Origin: Amoebophrya sp. A120
Lineage: Eukaryota > Protista > Dinoflagellata
NCBI GenBank assembly: GCA_905178155.1
Contig: CAJINV010000017.1
Coordinates: 1,686,139-1,750,138 of the forward strand
Direction: 5' to 3'
DNA length: 64,000 nt
The notes beneath the pieces were generated by a model. The model saw only the letters and a list, made by a program, of their open reading frames with translations. It ran no database searches and was not told where the DNA came from. Position numbers and translations under genes: made by a program. Positions within the stretch are counted from its first letter, which is position 1, and every line of letters starts with the position of its first letter. This document shows, one piece after another, positions 13,801 to 23,700 of this stretch.

Positions 13801-16508
13801 TGCGCTTGATTACCAGGCGTTTATTCGTGAAGGCGAACATCCCGGTAGCGGAGTCGAAGGCCATGTCCACCGTTTCGCCGGCGTCGGGCGTGAGGAAATT
13901 GTCCAGCATGTCCTGCACGATAGATTTGTCCCGGATTCGAATGCCGTTGTCCAACTGCAAAAGCCAGTCGAAAAAGCCCCCGCTCTATCCAGGAAAAAAC
14001 ACCCATCCACATCCAATTTCTTTGTCATGCAAAACATACATTCATAAAATTCTTATTCTGTGTCTGTCATGCAAAAAATTATATATGGGGATGCGATGAG
14101 TTTTTTTCTGTGGATACGCTCGCCTGCTCCGCACCAGCCCCTCCCGCTTCTCCGTCCACCAACGCCAGCAGCTTGTCGCCCATCTTGGCCGCGGGCGCGT
14201 TGCCCAGGACCCGCCAGGATAGGAGGTGCGTGACCAGCAAGGGGCTGGTGCCCACGCCCCAGAGCGTCTCGTAGCCAAAGGTGGTGCCACCTTCCCCGCC
14301 CCCTCGGATGTTCAGGTGAATGGTGCGCGGGCCGTGCGTATGCATTGCAAATACGTCTGGTGCGTTTAGAGTTGTGATACCGGACAAAAACAAGACCTGT
14401 CAATGTAGTGGATAAATGCATTGGCCGATTCCTGTTCGTTGTTCTCAAGGGCAATTTGTAGTTTACAACTCCAGACGCAGTTTATTTGCCTGTGATAGTG
14501 CGACCCGTCCCCCCGGCTTTCGTAGATTTTCGTGTGAATCACCACGGTACTGTCCCAGTCGAGAAAGGAGCCCGGCGTGTGAAAGGTCCAGGCGCGGACG
14601 GCGGAGTAGAGGTAGGAAATGTAGTTCGCCTTGCCGCCCGTGAGGTGCTTCTCGAGCAGGTCGGGGACGTCCTGCTTGAGAATCCGGTAATTGGTAAAGA
14701 TCACCGCGTCGCGAATGTTGGTATCCAGGTCCACCGCCCCGGCCTCCGACGCCAGCGCGAGTTCGACCCGCTCGTCGTGCAGCAGTACCTTTTTCTCCCG
14801 CAAAATCGCCTGCGTACACGCCGGGTCCACCTGTTTCATGCCCGCCTTCCAGAAGAACAACTGCGTCGTGCTCAGGATCCCGCCGTTCCCGTTGTCGTGG
14901 CCTTTTTGCTTGAAATTTTCCAAGTCACACGGCTCGTGCGCGGCGGCGAACCTCTTGCTGAACCCCGCGGGCTCGGGCAGGTGGAGCGAGTTGGAGGCGA
15001 GCAGCCGCCAGGACAGAAAGTGGTGCAGTTCGAAGGCTTGCTTCACGTCCACGGAAACGTTAATTTGCCGACTGTCAGTTTCCGTTTCCAGGGTGAACTT
15101 GGAGTCCAAATCCAGCCGCGTTCCCACCGGCTCGCTGCACCAGGAAAGAACCGCCGACCACCGCATGGCGCTAAATTTGGTCTGCGGCTGCTCCGTGCCG
15201 ACGGTGTCTTTCCAATAGTACGGCCACCCTTCTTTGACGTTGATGTGCAGGATCTGTATGCAATGCAAAAGCATCGTATTAGTATAATTGCATTACAGAT
15301 TTCCTCAGAATGACAAATGCAATTTGTAATGCTGTTCTACCTTAGGAAGAAGAGTTGCAATGCATATTTGCAATTAGTACGAGTACGATACTTTTGCACA
15401 GAGTAATCTGCTCGCTGGTCCAAAACATGACGTCCTGGCCCGCGGACTGCTTATGGGAGTGTCAGGATTGAAATCGACAAACTTGAAATAACTTGCATCG
15501 CGTAAAATCGATACCAGATGCAAGCCCAGTTTCCTCCAAGCGGTGCATGACAAATTTCGAGACCTTCGAAATCCATTTTGTCATGCTGTTTAGGGACAGA
15601 CGGCGTCTGTTGTCGTGCTGCTTTAGCAGCTCTATCGCAGACCCCAAACAGGCCGACAGTCGGCCTCACTTGGCATCCCTGCAAGAGAGGCGCTTCATGC
15701 CTATGCCTTGCAATTTATGCATGAGAAGTTATTTCATTTTCAACGTTGTCGATTTCAATCCTGACACCCCCATACTTCTCGAAAATGTAGTGCAGTTTTT
15801 CGCCCCGGTCAAGTAATTTCCGGTAGTTCTTCGGGCCTGGCTGCGGGTCGTCATCGCCCGCGCGGCGCGCCTGCATCACGAGGAAAAACTGCTCCACTGC
15901 TTCTTTCTTCTCTTTCATCTTGTCCTGTGGGACGAGATCCCAGATCAACCCAAAGAATTTTCCAGCGGAAGTCAGCACGGATCCACGCAGGTTGCGTTTC
16001 TGAACATTTTGCGTTGGATCGTAGTCGTACCAGAGTTTGCGAATATCACTGTTTGAATATTTAAATTCACCGTAGAGATGAATATGCATCATTCAGATTA
16101 ACATCATCAATCTACAACTACCTCCTGCTGTGCTTGAGAAGTCGCCTGCTTGTTTTCCACGGCCTCATCGAGTCGCCCGATTTCGTGCTGCAACGCGAAG
16201 GCGAAAATGTAAATGGTACTCGTCGTAGTGGGCGGAGTTCGAGTTGGAACAATTCTTGCGCCGTGGTTGACCATCAGCTCGTTGTTCTGCAGCTTTCCTA
16301 TCGTGCTCTTGAATCGGGAAGTAGTAGTAGGGGTGAAAAAACGGAAATGCTCTTCGAGGGGAACAAGGTCGGAAAACAAAAACGCGCCGAGAAAAGCTGC
16401 GGCACAAGACTTCATGGTGAATGTCCAGAAAGCGGCTGCGCACATTGACGAGACCGTGGTCTGCCCAAGGGCAAGGCTCGACTTTGAGCCGCGACTTGAT
16501 AACATCAT
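7878..16508 (-). CDS. Multi-exon protein (~1,400 aa) with about five tandem bacterial-type PH (bPH_1/DUF1696-like) repeats
   Basis: Exons join in frame after removing TIR elements (e.g. ADTQS|LYRF, LLF|TSFRIL, PWGE|GELFVSTDV|PGVY). Repeats such as LLHDERVELAL..IRDAVIFTNYRIL..YISYLYSAVRAW..PGSFLDWDS and LFLPGEKIHFGF..DILLFTSFRIL..SIPYDEIHYW..PG match the bPH_1 pattern. Junctions near 11.2 kb and 16.1 kb and the start codon are uncertain. Confidence 0.7.
8023..8293. mobile_element. Degenerate introner-like intron (family B-like end)
   Basis: Right end GTGCACTCTCATA matches the family B TIR. Flanks GGAAA/GCGAC match poorly, but removing element+5 nt gives AGSL|FVGDEAED in frame. Confidence 0.55.
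8832..9083. mobile_element. Introner, TIR family A
   Basis: TATCAAATGTAAAAATGTCTGGGTCTGGAAG...CTTCCAGACCCAGACATTTTTGCATTTGATA; direct repeat CTCTG/CTCTG; frame restored. Confidence 0.92.
9266..9498. mobile_element. Introner-like intron
   Basis: TATGCACGAGAAAAAG...TTTTCTTGGATA; direct repeat TGGGA/TGCGA; joins LTS|QGSRSRW. Confidence 0.75.
9581..9934. mobile_element. Introner-like intron
   Basis: TATGGAACCGCCAGGAGGCTCGAAAT...ATTTCGAGCACCATGACGCATCCATA; direct repeat AAACA/AAACA; joins LLF|TSFR. Confidence 0.82.
10103..10374. mobile_element. Introner, TIR family A
   Basis: TATCAAATGCATATATGTCTGGGTCTGG...CCAGACCCAGACATATTTGCAATGCATA; direct repeat TCCGG/TCCGG; joins QEEPE|TVKQ. Confidence 0.9.
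10414..10651. mobile_element. Introner-like intron
   Basis: TATCGCAAGAAAAAAGT...ACTTTTTCCCCGGGATA; direct repeat ACGAC/ACGAC; joins GVS|WLANQY. Confidence 0.82.
10814..11134. mobile_element. Introner, TIR family F
   Basis: TATTGAGAGGAAAAATGCCCCCTCCCCATATTGAAA...TTTCGATATGGGGAGGGGGGATTTTTCCCTTTGATA; direct repeat GGCGA/GGCGA; joins SLLA|VHAY. Confidence 0.9.
11208..11627. other. Probable intron, degenerate introner; boundaries approximate
   Basis: AT-rich gap between coding blocks with a weak inverted match (GTCAGTCT near both ends). No clear direct repeat, and the element+5 rule is off by one nt. Confidence 0.4.
11957..12196. mobile_element. Introner, TIR family B
   Basis: TATGAGAGTGCACAACTCCCCCTTCCCCACATTTGT...ACAAATGGGGGGGAATGGGATTTGTGCAATGTCATA; direct repeat TTGCT/TTGCG; joins ALSQ|PPAL. 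Confidence 0.87.
12822..13083. mobile_element. Introner, TIR family A
   Basis: TATGAAATGCAAAAGTGTCTGGGTCTGGAAG...CTTCCAGACCCAGACATATTTGCACTTGATA; direct repeat GCACG/GCACG; joins STDV|PGVY. Confidence 0.92.
13117..13443. mobile_element. Introner, TIR family F (opposite orientation to 10814..11134)
   Basis: TATCGTAAGGAAAAATCCCCCCTCCCAATATCGA...TCGATATAGGGAGAGGGGATTTTTCCTTTTGATA; direct repeat CTCGC/CTCGC; joins PWGE|GELF. Confidence 0.9.
13517..13731. mobile_element. Introner-like intron
   Basis: TATGCAAGAAAAAAACTGTGT...ACACGGTTTTTTTCTTGCACA; direct repeat AGCCG/AGTCG; joins YISI(D/G)|YNAIQSF. Confidence 0.85.
13986..14116. mobile_element. Introner, TIR family E
   Basis: TATCCAGGAAAAAAC...GTTTTTTTCTGTGGATA; direct repeat CGCTC/CGCTC; joins EQAS|GGFFDW. 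Confidence 0.85.
14339..14497. mobile_element. Introner-like intron
   Basis: TATGCATTGCAAATA...TATTTGCCTGTGATA; direct repeat GTGCG/GTGCG; joins DGSH|GPRT. Confidence 0.82.
15257..15405. mobile_element. Introner-like intron
   Basis: TATGCAATGCAAAAGCATCGTA...TACGATACTTTTGCACAGAGTA; direct repeat ATCTG/ATCTG; joins SEQI|LHIN. Confidence 0.82.
15452..15774. mobile_element. Introner, TIR family C
   Basis: TATGGGAGTGTCAGGATTGAAATCGACAA...TTGTCGATTTCAATCCTGACACCCCCATA; direct repeat CTGCT/CTTCT; joins IFE(K/Q)|SAGQ. Confidence 0.9.
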
Positions 16509-17305
16509 CAAGCTCCTTTCGGTCAATGATTTTTTCGTACTATACTTTGTAATTTCGGTACGTGGAAAAATGTGCAGGATTTCTTTATTTATTAGGATAT
16601 TGTAGTGTACAAGATCACAGGTAGGATTTAGAATTTCAATTTTTATTTTACTTTTACAAGATAAATTTAAATATACAATTAGCAATTTCTCCAAGTGGTT
16701 CTAGCATTTGCATTGCGGTATGATGTTCATGGTAGGATAGGATTTGAATTTCGTCAAAAAACCAAGTTGTCGTGTCTTCCTATTTTCAATTAGATCAATC
16801 CTACTGGTGCGCTGGTTGTAAGTAATTGCTGAAGTGTTAGAATGTTGCGTGGGCGCGAATTTGCAATCCCACCAAACGTCGAAGCCACCAAACGTCGAAG
16901 CAGGAGTCCACTGACTCCTGTTTAACATCATGAGCACGATACGAAAGAAAAATCTGTTTTTGTTGACTTTTTCCATTTCGCCCACGAATAAAGCTTCACG
17001 AAGACGACAGACACCCCAACGAGCGGGAAAAAGTAAATAGAAGATGATGCGACTTGTTCCAGCACGATAATCTTCTTGTTCACAACGAGTCAGTAGTTTT
17101 GGTGCTGTCAATGCAAAAAGCCCACGAGCAATGAGAGACCATCGACATTCCGGCGCGTCGATCAATGCGAAGATCTGTTCGGAAAGCAAAGTCATGCAGA
17201 TGCCCGGGCCATCAAGTCGTAGACAGTACACAGGCATCATCAATGTATTGTGATTGCAGATACAACCATACATCGCACCGAGGCAAGATCTTGAACTTGA
17301 TACTG

Positions 17306-17346
17306 ATACGCCGCGGGTGCTCCTGTCCGAGAACAACGACAAAGAG
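17306..17346. repeat. 41-bp dispersed direct repeat, copy 1
   Basis: ATACGCCGCGGGTGCTCCTGTCCGAGAACAACGACAAAGAG. Confidence 0.9.
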
Positions 17347-17933
17347 ATCTTTTGCATCCAAGATTTCTTGGCACAGATTTGAATGCTGTTTAGCCCTTCG
17401 GAGTAGATTTGTCATGCGAAATAGCTTGATTGTCTGGCTCTGGCGGCTTGAGGTAGTTTTGCGCATGACACATCCATGGAACTACATTTGAGAAGGTAAC
17501 CGATTTGAGAAGCTGTACTTATCCCATACAGCAGGAACAGGTCCTGGTGTCACCTGCCGTCCCATCACCGAGAGGTCTTGCGGCTGCGCTGCAGCGGACG
17601 AAGACGAGAGATGAACATGGCCGCTTGTTGTCCCGGCGTGCTGCAACGTCGTGCTCGAGTCAACAACACCTTGTTGTTGATTTGATACCAAGGTCGTGCG
17701 ACGCGTTTCCCTTGCGGTCATTAGCCGCTCGCCAACGCGGGCGAAGGAGCTAGCCGAACTTTTGCTGTAAGACGGCCCCTATGGACTGCGCGGGCGGAAA
17801 GTGGCGGTGCCGTGGACAGCGAAGATCCGGGTAGAGCCCCTTGATGGCCGCTGGTAGAAGAGCCAGCCCCCAGTTGTAGGGGGCCCCGGTGGTGCTGACC
17901 CCCCGTTCTGTACCCCTCCTTGCGGTTAGCCCT

Positions 17934-18023
17934 CGCCAGTTCGTACCCCCTCCGGCCTCTCTCCTCCGTCTCCGTCGCCAGTTCGTACCCCCTCCGCCCC
18001 CTCTCCTCCGTCTCCGTCGCCAG
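17934..18023. repeat. 42-bp tandem duplication
   Basis: TCGCCAGTTCGTACCCCCTCCG(G/C)C..CTCTCCTCCGTCTCCG x2; reads LATETEERGRRGYE x2 on the minus strand. Confidence 0.85.
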
Positions 18024-18639
18024 ATTGTCCATGTCCTTGTCCATGTCGTATGCAGATTTCGTAGATTTTGTAGAATTGTAGAACGCGACGAGGACGTCGC
18101 GAAGTGCGAGCATGACGGTTATGAAGAAGTTGCGCGGGCGAAGGGTGGAAACGTTGCATCGAAGACGATGTTGATAAGACTAAGTACGGAAGTCGAAATC
18201 ACGACGCGACGGCAGAAGCGCAGCAGGGGCACAGGTGTTTCTGTTTTTTGTTTTGTAGCATCCGATCAGATTTGTTTTTCAACCGCTGATGGAAAAAAAA
18301 ATTTGCACATGCAGACGAATCGCTTGTAAAAATCATTTTCATTGTGAACGGATGCTACAAAACAAAAAACAAAACGTCAGGTGGTTATGTGTTGAACGAG
18401 GACAAGCGGTTGAGGTGTGGGGTCGCAATGCAAAATGCAAGAGCACGGCGTTACATCAAGAAAAAAAAGCATGAACTTCAATAAATTGCTGAACGTGCTG
18501 CGCAGACCGAGCTTTTGCCTTCATGAAAAAGATAAGTAGTTGCAACGCAGCACGCAGAAATATCGAGAAACAGAGCGAAGCAATACACTTGCAAGAAGTA
18601 AACCGCGAGCGCCAAAGATGGCAAACAAACGCTTTGACC

Positions 18640-18680
18640 ATACGCCGCGGGTGCTCCTGTCCGAGAACAACGATAAAGAG
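18640..18680. repeat. 41-bp dispersed direct repeat, copy 2 (1 mismatch)
   Basis: ATACGCCGCGGGTGCTCCTGTCCGAGAACAACGATAAAGAG. Confidence 0.9.
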
Positions 18681-19468
18681 ACACTAACAGCTTGGAAGTG
18701 CTTCGCCGCCACATCGGGATCGAAATCCGCCGCCTTGGACAACTTTCGCTTCCGGGTTCGCTGGGATCGGGTGTGGAGGTCGGTGTTGAAATCAGATGCC
18801 TGGGTTAAGCGAAATTCTGCCCGCTCCGCTATCACGCCCGAGAGGTGCTCACACTTTTCCCGGTAAGCCGCGCCGGCCGCTGGGTCGTCTGGGTCGAGGG
18901 AGGCGCCGAGGCGCCGCACCTCTTTGCGCAGGATCTTGATGCGGAGGTCGAAACGTCTGCGCTTTTTGTAGTCGTGGCTTCGGTTATAGCGGCTGAGCTC
19001 CTGTTGCGCGGAGCCAGCTAGGATACCGCGCGCGGCGACAAGCGCAGCCGGGATGCGCGAAATCGGGATCGCCAGCGGCGCACTGTTTACTGCTGGGTCA
19101 GAGGCCGCGGATTCATCACCATCTGCAGGAGCTGGGAGCAACGTCTGCACAACAGCATCGGAGAACTGGTGCTTTGCTGATGGGGTGGCACGCCACAAAG
19201 GTGCCGCAGCGTCAACATCAGAGCGACGGCCCTCTAGGGTCGTAGCGTCAACATCAAGGGTCGTGGAGAAACTGTCAGGAGGTGCACTGTCAACAGCATT
19301 GGCATCGTAGGAAAACTCCGTCCCCAGTATCGCGTCGATCGGTGGGCCTCCCTTGAGATGAACATCGGCAAAATGCTGGAGAATTTGTTCTCTTTTTTCG
19401 AAGCGATTTCTGTTGCTCCTGCAGAGCAACGACGACAATTTTTTTGAAAGGCACCAAAATAGGTGCAC
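18681..19468 (-). pseudogene. Intronless basic/helical ORF fragment running into the 41-bp repeat; possibly mobile-element derived
   Basis: ORF 18521..19468 looks protein-like (KKRRRFDLRIKILRKEVRRLG...PDVAAKHFQAVS) up to the repeat. No catalytic motif recognised. Confidence 0.3.
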
Positions 19469-19595
19469 GGTCGCTTGTCACGTTGCGAAATGCCCCATGC
19501 GGCGCAGGTCACGTTGCGAAAATAATCTCTCATCAGACTAGATCACGCCACCTGTCCGACTAGATCACGCGAAAATGATCTCTCATCAGACCACT

Positions 19596-19636
19596 ATACG
19601 CCGCGGGTGCTCCTGTCCGAGAACAACGACAAAGAG
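19596..19636. repeat. 41-bp dispersed direct repeat, copy 3
   Basis: Identical to copy 1; preceded by short duplications (GTCACGTTGCGAAA x2, GACTAGATCACGC x2, ATCTCTCATCAGAC x2) at ~19477-19591. Confidence 0.9.
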
Positions 19637-20788
19637 GCACAGTAGACTTATCCTTATTTGAGCAGCGGTTCGCCTACGGCTTCTCGTTTGTCAAACACAG
19701 TCCATCAATTAGTGCGGCGCAGCCAACATTTACATTGAGCATGACCGCAAATGATAATGAAAATAGAAACAAAATTGCTACTTCTGCACCGCATCACATC
19801 TGCTGTGCAGGTCCAAAATGAAAAAGTGCAGATTTTTCTTTGTTGAAACCAAACCAGTACACGAATACGGACGACATAACTCTTCAGCTTTATTTCAGCA
19901 GGTGGCACGTTGCCTGGTTGCAAGAAATGCGCTACAAGAATTTCACCGAATAACTACGGTATGATGCCACGGATTGAGGATCCTATATGCAGAAAAATCG
20001 TCAGTGCTGTGTTAGTTTGAGTGCTTCTACTAGGAGGACCTAGTACGACGTGAAAGTTAAAGTACTATTTTCCTTTTTTTTTTTTAGGTCCACTGCTTGC
20101 GCAAGAGAGAAGGCGGGAGCTTGGGCCACTGCTATTGCTTTTCGTGAAGAAGTATTTAATGAAACCTTGATCTTTAAGGTTCGCTTTTGACAGTAGTTTG
20201 AAACGATGACACAATAAACAGTCTCTGTTTAATTGAAGTAACCTGCCTGCCGTCGTCGTCTCCGCGAAGCGGAAGTAACTTCGGACAAGAACGACGGGCA
20301 AGAGGGCAAAACATAGATCTGAAAATACATACGACCCTGGCGATCATCTTGAAAAAAAAAATACGTGAGCCTGGAGCCCACTGTTGTTTAACACGGCCAA
20401 GTCTGAAGTAGCATACAAGGAATAAAAATCGAGGACAAAAGTTGGATACATCGAACTGCGACTTTAGTTCAGATGAAGGGCACAAACCTTGGTTTACATA
20501 CGCACAGCCTTACCAAGGAATTACAGAAAGTGAAAGCTAGCAAAATTATTCAAAGGTCAAAACAGAATCGTATTTGATTTGGAATGCGTGAAGAAGACGT
20601 GATGTCTTAAGTTTCTTTCTCTTTCTCTTTGTACTGGTCCTAACTAAGCTAGATAGATCTTAGATCTAAATTGAAGAGTCCTACCTCCGTTGAAACCTAA
20701 ACATATAGGAAGCTGCGCGCTTTGAAAAAAAGATCTTCCAGTGTTCTAAGGCACAGACGTCGTGCTGCTGCTGCTGCACCGCGCATCA

Positions 20789-23700
20789 CTACACCGGCAA
20801 CCCTTGCGGCGACCTCGGATCCACGAGCTCGATGGGTGCAGCTATGGAAAGATAGTTAGTACGATACTGAGTTTTGATTTTTTCTTCCCGCGACATCACA
20901 AAGCCAAATTCCATTTGGCAAGGCCCAGGTGAACCCAAGTTGGAGGACATACATTCCGAAAGGCAGCAAAATGGCTGTGGTCCCCGACAAGGTAGAGTGT
21001 TAGGCGAGAGTACAAGCACACAGATGGACATGCTCTTGTACTGCCTTTGGACAACTCTGCTCATACTTCTATGTCTTCTGGTGCTTTGACTTATTCATCT
21101 TCATGCATTGCGGGCAATGAGTCAACGTGTTCAATCATGCCGCTGGTGTTGGAAGTACAAAGGAATTCAGTATCGTCTTTCTCAATTTCATACCAACCGT
21201 GACCAGGAAATCCGCGGTCGCGCCGGTTCCCCAACACAGATGGTAGTAGTCCGGCTTCGTGCGGTTTGTGAGCAGGCCGAAATCCAGAATTTCTGAGTCG
21301 TAGCGGACCACCGGCATACTGTCGATTCTGGTGGCGTTGCTCTCGCACGAAAGCAGGATAGTTGCCTGCCCGGTCACTGCGAGAGGTAGTTTTCATGGCG
21401 TTGATTTTTCTTTACCGGAAGCTTGACAAAAATGCGGGCCGCGGAAAAGAACAAAAAAGACTTCGTGATAAAAGCTGAAGAAGAACTGAAGGACTTATCA
21501 TTGTCGTGGTTCTACACCTCATCATGATCATGAAAGAACAACGCAAAATCAAGCGAAAAGATACATCAATTGAAGATAATATAATACCTCCCATCTGATT
21601 GGCGAAATCTAAGTTTCTGATGTTGTATCCACAGTAAATTTCCTGTACACGTACAAATGCGGTGTCTGCATGACAGAACTTGGCTTCGATGTCGATCCTA
21701 GTTTAGCATGACAAGTTTTACGCTCCAAATTGATGAAATTTGTATTGCATGTTGTACATGTACGGGAAATTTGTATTGCATATGTTGCACGGGAAATTCA
21801 TAACGCACTTCAATGTCGCCTCCAGCGTCCACTTCGTTGCCGCCTCGAGTTCCAGGTCGCCCACTACCAAGGGCTGGTAGCTGTTTGCGGGGTCGCCGTA
21901 GATCCTCTCGTACTCGGGCGTGGCTGCGGTGTAGGCTTCGATTTGGCTCCGGGCTTTCGCGCTGCCGAAAACGCAGCCGACTGCGCACCAGGCGAGAGAG
22001 TACCTAAGAAAGAGTGTGTAAGTGTATGTTCCTCGTCGACCACAACAGTTTCAGACGAATACAGATGAAAGAACAGTTGTGCGTGTATTCACTTTTTTGT
22101 TTCAGATTCAGTGTAGGAACACCGGTCGGCATACAATGGTGTCAATCCATTTTTCATTTGGTGTTTCACATGCAGCAGCAGCTACAGCTTGCTCTAAGGT
22201 TATACTTTCCGCCCGGAAGTGTGCTTTTCGTTGGAAACGTGAATGTCGCTGGTGCCATGCTGTAATTCGCTTGCCTTTCCACTTCCCAAGTTGCGTCGGA
22301 GGCGTTCTCTACAGTCTTAAAGTACTGATAGCGAGCATTGAACCTGTTTTGATTTGGTTTCTTTGCGATGAACAAAAATGAAAAAGCGATTGAGATTTTT
22401 GCAGATGTTGCATTGCAAGCTGGCGCAGTAGTCACAACATTGCCTCGCTACAAGTGTCCCGCCACAGCCACGGCTGACGAACATACCAGGCTTCAGCGAA
22501 TGCGAAAGTCTCCTTACCTCTCCGACTGCATTCTGAGACTGGCTTCCAGAATTTCGTTGGAGCTTTTTTCGAGGACGTACAGTCTCGATCCCGGTGTCGT
22601 GTTGAATTCCTGTACGTGCGTGATTCTCAGCGGTTCGCTGCTGTTCGCCTGCACGGTTTGCTGCGGGAGCTCAATGCCCTTGGCGTACAGCTTCCCGATA
22701 CTGATGCAAAAATCCTTGCCGCACCACTCGACCAAGTGGTCCCGTCCAGCTTGCATCAGCAGCGGTGCCGCGACGAAGGTCATCGAAGTCGCAGCGAGGG
22801 TAGAGGTCGGCAGAGACCGGTAGGCACGAACTTCCACCTGATAATAGTTCAATTCGGCAGATTAAGACTTGTTGTGAAAAATAAACACGGAGACGACATC
22901 GAACCGTAGAAGTGCGCTCACAACCTATCAATCGTACATCATCATCATGCTCAAGGTCCCGCTTCTCCGCAAATTGAATACTATGACTATCTATCACAAA
23001 TATGCGAATTCGAATTTCTTTACCGTCCCCGCAATCTTCAGGTAGCCCGGGTCTTTGGAAATCGGCGGCACAATAGGCGTCGGCTGCACTAAATGGTTCC
23101 AGTTCCCCCTCACCTCGAAATTGCACACCAAGCCCAGCTCGCACATGAACTCGTGATCGCCGAACGGGCCGTAGAGAATGACGTCGCTCAACTTCCAAAA
23201 GTGCACTGCGGTTGGATACTCGGCGGCCAAGGGTTGGAACTCGGCGAGAGTGGAGTTGGAACTCGACGTCGAGCTAGATTGGTCTGACGTTGCACTCCCT
23301 GTTTGCGATGAAGCTGAGTCAGATTGTACCACCCCCGATGTAGAAGTTGATGTCAGATTCGTGCCGTTTGTGCCATTTCCGAGATCCTCGCTTTCCCCCT
23401 CCTCTTCCGTGAGGTTTTTCTCTACCAACAAGGTCGTGAAGTTCGCTTCCACGTAACTCGCGTACGCTTCCACGTATAAAGCGTACGGCTTTTCGACCGT
23501 GGACCCGAGATACGGCAACTTCGCCCAAACGTAGGTTTGCCCCAGCGACTCCCGCCGGTCCGCCCTTTGCACTTTTTCCGCGATCCTTTTAAACAGCATA
23601 TCCTCTTTCGTCTCGTTCCACCCCTGGACCGAGCTGTTCACCCCGTAGGGGAAGGACAAATTGCCGAAAAACGTCTTTTCCTGCACGGTGACGTGTTCGG

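Noticed and set aside
18521-19468. Firm LINE or transposase call
   Set aside because: No RT, endonuclease or DDE motif visible; only a vague resemblance.
17306-19636. CRISPR array
   Set aside because: Only three repeats, ~1-kb spacers, no cas genes, and a eukaryotic context.
21626-21802. TA-bounded, motif-containing segment with an internal duplication as an introner
   Set aside because: Probably intronic, but no direct repeat or verifiable frame join was found.
22853-23008. TTCG-ended element with TTCAA/TTCGA flanks as another introner
   Set aside because: Removal switches to a frame that stops at 22671 rather than the module-like frame; the junction is left unresolved.
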